Source: Macrostomum lignano
Lineage: Eukaryota
DNA length: 64,000 bases
Assembly: GCA_002269645.1 (NCBI GenBank)
Contig: NIVC01002725.1
Location: forward strand, 82,374 to 146,373
Direction of reading: 5' to 3'
In this document: positions 60,605 through 64,000 of the stretch, one piece after another
How the letters are laid out: every line of letters starts with the position of its first letter
How positions within the stretch are numbered: the stretch's first letter is position 1
Translations under genes and position numbers: made by a program
The notes under the pieces: model-generated
Told to the model about the DNA's origin: nothing
The model's input: only the letters and a program-made list of their open reading frames with translations
Databases searched by the model: none

Positions 60605-63600
60605 TCAGCTCATCAGATCAATTTGCACAGCCTCAATCGCTGCAGTCACGTGATCAGCGTCCAAAGAAGCAGCATCGTCAGCAACTTGCGCCAATCCGTC
60701 AGTCTCTGGCCAGCAGATGCGACAGACCATCGCTGATTGGCCGCGAGTCTGACCAATCAGCAACGGGGGCAGCTGCCGCTGGCTCAATTGCACATCGCCA
60801 TCAATAGCATCCGCAGCAGGGATATTGTCCGGCAATAACAGACGGAGACAAAGCGAACAGGCCAGCCTACCGCAGGCCAGACAGTTGGCCCGATGGGCAA
60901 CCGCGTATCCGCACGGAGACAAGCACACGCCGCAGGCGTATCTATTAGCTGGCGTTTCGAATTCCCACGCGTCGGTGCACAGTTGCAATAGACGACGCGA
61001 ATCAGGGTCCTGCTGGTCCTGGGAGCCGGCGGAATTCGATCTGCAATAATAAAACATCAAAGAACTGCATAAAAACCAACTCTATAACCCTAACCTAAAA
61101 CCATAAACTGGGACAAGAATAGCTGGTTTTTGTGGAAAAGCGTCAGCAGTGCTTATGTCATGGTTAAAGCTCTCATTGAACTGAACCCAGTTGCTTTGAC
61201 GCAAAAGTTTAGGGGCAAAGTGCTTGAGCTGACCTCTCAGCAGCCGACTGTCTCTGCTGCAGCTTCAGCCAGCGCTCGTGATCCTCCAAGCAGGCGATGC
61301 GCTCAGCTGATTGAGCCAATCGACGCATCAGCGAGGCCTCGTCGTCGAGTTCATTGACTGCCAGGACTGTTGCAGAGGCCGGACTAGCTGCCGCCGGTTG
61401 CTGTTGTTCGTCGACATCAAGCACTATCAAGGATTCTGGCTGGCTCTGGTCGCTGTCAGGCGGGGCAGCGCGCAGCCAGGCGGGGCGCCGGCGCCACGGG
61501 TTCTGCAGCGCCAGCCAGGGTTTGATGAGGCAGCGGGGCATTGCGCCTAAGCGTAGGTAGGCAGCCGGCTCGGCGTCCCGGGTGTCGAACTCGCGACTTT
61601 CGGTTGACATTATAAATAGGGCAAGAATAGGACAAGAAGTCATGGGAAATTTTTTACAAGGACAAGGAGCCCCGGGAATCGTTTACAAGGACAACGAGTC
61701 ACGGAGAATTGTTAACAAGGACAGGGAGTCACGGAGAATTGTTAACAAGGACAGGGAGTCGAGTCACGGAGAATTGTTAACAAGGACAGGGAGTCACGGA
61801 GAATTGTTAACAAGGACAGGGAGTCACGGGGAATTATTTGATAGGACAAGGAGTCACAGGGAATTGTTGAATAGGACAAGGAGTCACGGGGAATTGTTTA
61901 CAAGGAGAGAGTCACAGGGAATTTTTTACAAGGACAAAGAGTCACGGGAAATTGTTTTCAAGGCCAGAGTCACGGTCACGGGTATTGTTTACAAGGACAA
62001 GGAGTCAGAGGGAATTTTTTGCAAGGACAAGGAGTCAGAGGGAATTTTTTGCAAGGACAAAGAGTCACATTGAATTGTTTACAAGGACAAAGAGTGACAG
62101 GGAATTGCTTACAAGGACAAAGAGTGACAGGGAATTGCTTACAAGAACAAAGAGTGACAGGGAATTGCTTACAAGGACAAAGGGTCACGGGGAATCGTTT
62201 ACAAAAGAGCCACTGTAGGTAAGCCAAGGCGCTTGAAAGGACATTTGAAGGTCATTAGACAGTCCCCTCAGGCCCAACAACTCAAGCTACTTGAACTCAC
62301 CAGTACATGGGATCGATAAACTGCGACCGCCTCTCCAAAGCCCGAGTCCAGAAGCAAGGCATTGCCGGCCACTTATCGGCAAGTTCGCCAGCAACCTTCA
62401 ATCGTTCCCGTTCGCAATTGCCTAGAAAAGTGCCATACCGATGCAGCTGTAGGCGGCCTCAGCCAGCTCCAATAAATAGGCGTCGTTAAACTCAAATCGA
62501 CTGGGAAATAATCGACGCAGCTGGTGAACGCAGTCAAGGAACTGAGTGAACACTGGCGATGATTCGTCCGACCAGCCGTAGTGAGCGCATCTGTCAGCGA
62601 ATTTGTGACCGAAACTAAGCCACTCCTTCTCTACTAGATCCTGCGGGTTGGAAGTTTGAGAATCCTTATTGAGTTGTATTTTTCCCAGAATCCTGATTCA
62701 CAGAATTTCGAATCACAGAATCCTGATTCACAGAATCCTGACTCACAGAATCCTGATTTACAGAATCCTGATTTACAGAATCCTGATTCACAGAATTTCG
62801 AATCACAGAATCCTGATTCACAGAATCCTGATTCACAAAGTCCTGATTCACAAAGTCCTGATTCACAGAATCCTGATTCACACAATACTGATTCACAGAA
62901 TCCTGATTCACACAATACTGATTCACAGAATCCTGATTCACACAATACTGATTCACAGAATCCTGATTCACACAATACTGATTCACAGAATCCTGATTCA
63001 CATAATACTGATTCACAGAATCCTGATTCACGGAATCCCAATTTACAGTACCCTATTCACGAAATACTGATTCACGGAATTCTATTTTACAAAATCCTGA
63101 TTCACATAATCTTGATTTACAGAATCCTGATTCACAGAATCCGATACACGGAATCCTGATTCACAGAATCCTGATTCACGGAATCCCAATTCACAGTACC
63201 CTATTCACGAAATCCTGATTCACGGAATTCTATTTTACAGAATCCTGATTCACAGAATCCTGATTCACGAAATCCCAATTCACAGTACCCTATTCACGAA
63301 ATCCTGATTCACGGAATTCTATTTTACAGAATCCTGATTCACAGAATCCTGATTCACAGAATCCTGATTCACAGAATCCTGATTCACAGAATTTCGAATC
63401 ACAGAATCCTGATTCACAGAATCCCGATTCACAGAATCCCGATTCACAGAATCCTGATTCACAGAATTCTGATTTACAGAATCCTGATTCACAGAATCCT
63501 GATTCACAGAATCCTGATTCACACAATACTGATTCACAGAATCCTGATTCAGAATCCTGATTCACAGAATCCTGATTCAAGAATCTGATTCACAGAATCC

Positions 63601-64000
63601 TGATTCACAGAATCCTGATTCAGACAGAATCCTGATTCACAGAATCCTGATTCACAGAATCCTGATTCACAGAATCCTGATTCACAGAACCCTGATTCAC
63701 AGAATTCTGATTCACAGAATCCTGATTCACAGAATTTCGAATCACAGAATCCTGATTCACAGAATCCCGATTCACAGAATCCTGATTCACAGAATCCTGA
63801 TTCACAGAATCCTGATTCACAGAATTCAGAATCCTGATTCACATAATACTGATTCACAGAGTCCAATTCACACAGAATACTGAATTGAAAAATTCCCTAT
63901 TCACAATCAACTGAAATCCGTGCAGGGTTCGATAATGCGGATCGAGGAGTAGCCTGCGCAGAGCAGCAGTTTGAGCAGTCGATCCAACCGTCGGAGCAGT
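60605..64000 (-). CDS. MTMR-like: 3' part of a myotubularin phosphoinositide phosphatase (MTMR6/7/8- or MTMR3/4-like) with coiled coil and degenerate FYVE finger; apparent frameshifts
   Basis: Exons >64000-about 63911 ([17 protein letters not shown]), 62640-62301 ([41 protein letters not shown] / [18 protein letters not shown]), about 61596-61234 and 61040-60605 (eight-Cys finger, TGA). The catalytic region was not called in the ORF track. Confidence 0.88.
61620..62215. repeat. 30-bp minisatellite, myotubularin intron
   Basis: GGAGAATTGTTAACAAGGACAGGGAGTCAC-type units. Confidence 0.94.
62683..63865. repeat. 15-bp quasi-palindromic minisatellite, myotubularin intron
   Basis: CAGAATCCTGATTCA units (GAATC-CT-GATTC). 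Confidence 0.97.

Noticed and set aside
61234-61643. Helix plus Cys finger resembling a rabphilin/Noc2 Rab27-effector domain near a Rab27 gene
   Set aside because: The upstream exons are clearly myotubularin, so the helix is better explained as the myotubularin coiled coil. The SGAWF-type effector motif is absent.

Overview
Eukaryotic (animal) genomic DNA with GT-AG introns packed with mini- and microsatellites. The style and gene content suggest a free-living flatworm such as Macrostomum; this is inference and is not proven from the sequence. Most long ORFs in the supplied track are repeat artefacts. Manual splicing gives eight genes. On the + strand: the 3' end of a Gln-rich gene, then a complete 11-exon SLC6 monoamine transporter (DAT/NET-like, 643 aa) with several non-canonical residues. 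On the - strand, six co-oriented genes: a myotubularin with a degenerate FYVE finger and several apparent frameshifts (cut by the window end), FAM241, FITM, a PDZ-PH-RhoGAP of the ARHGAP21/23 family (1163 aa), an orphan nuclear-type protein and Rab27. Mobile DNA includes a Merlin element (136-bp TIRs, 8-bp TSD), a MULE-type foldback element (9-bp TSD), a non-autonomous element with an 8-bp TSD, a MITE in a (TAG)n tract, a Tc1/IS630 relic and two tRNA-derived SINEs with a MIR-like CORE. The best leads are: (1) two reverse-complementary minisatellite arrays that directly flank RhoGAP exons 4-9, which is circRNA geometry; (2) the divergent monoamine transporter; (3) CORE-SINEs with different tails; (4) a possible trans-spliced operon arrangement; (5) minisatellites whose units carry poly(A) or CCAAT signals.
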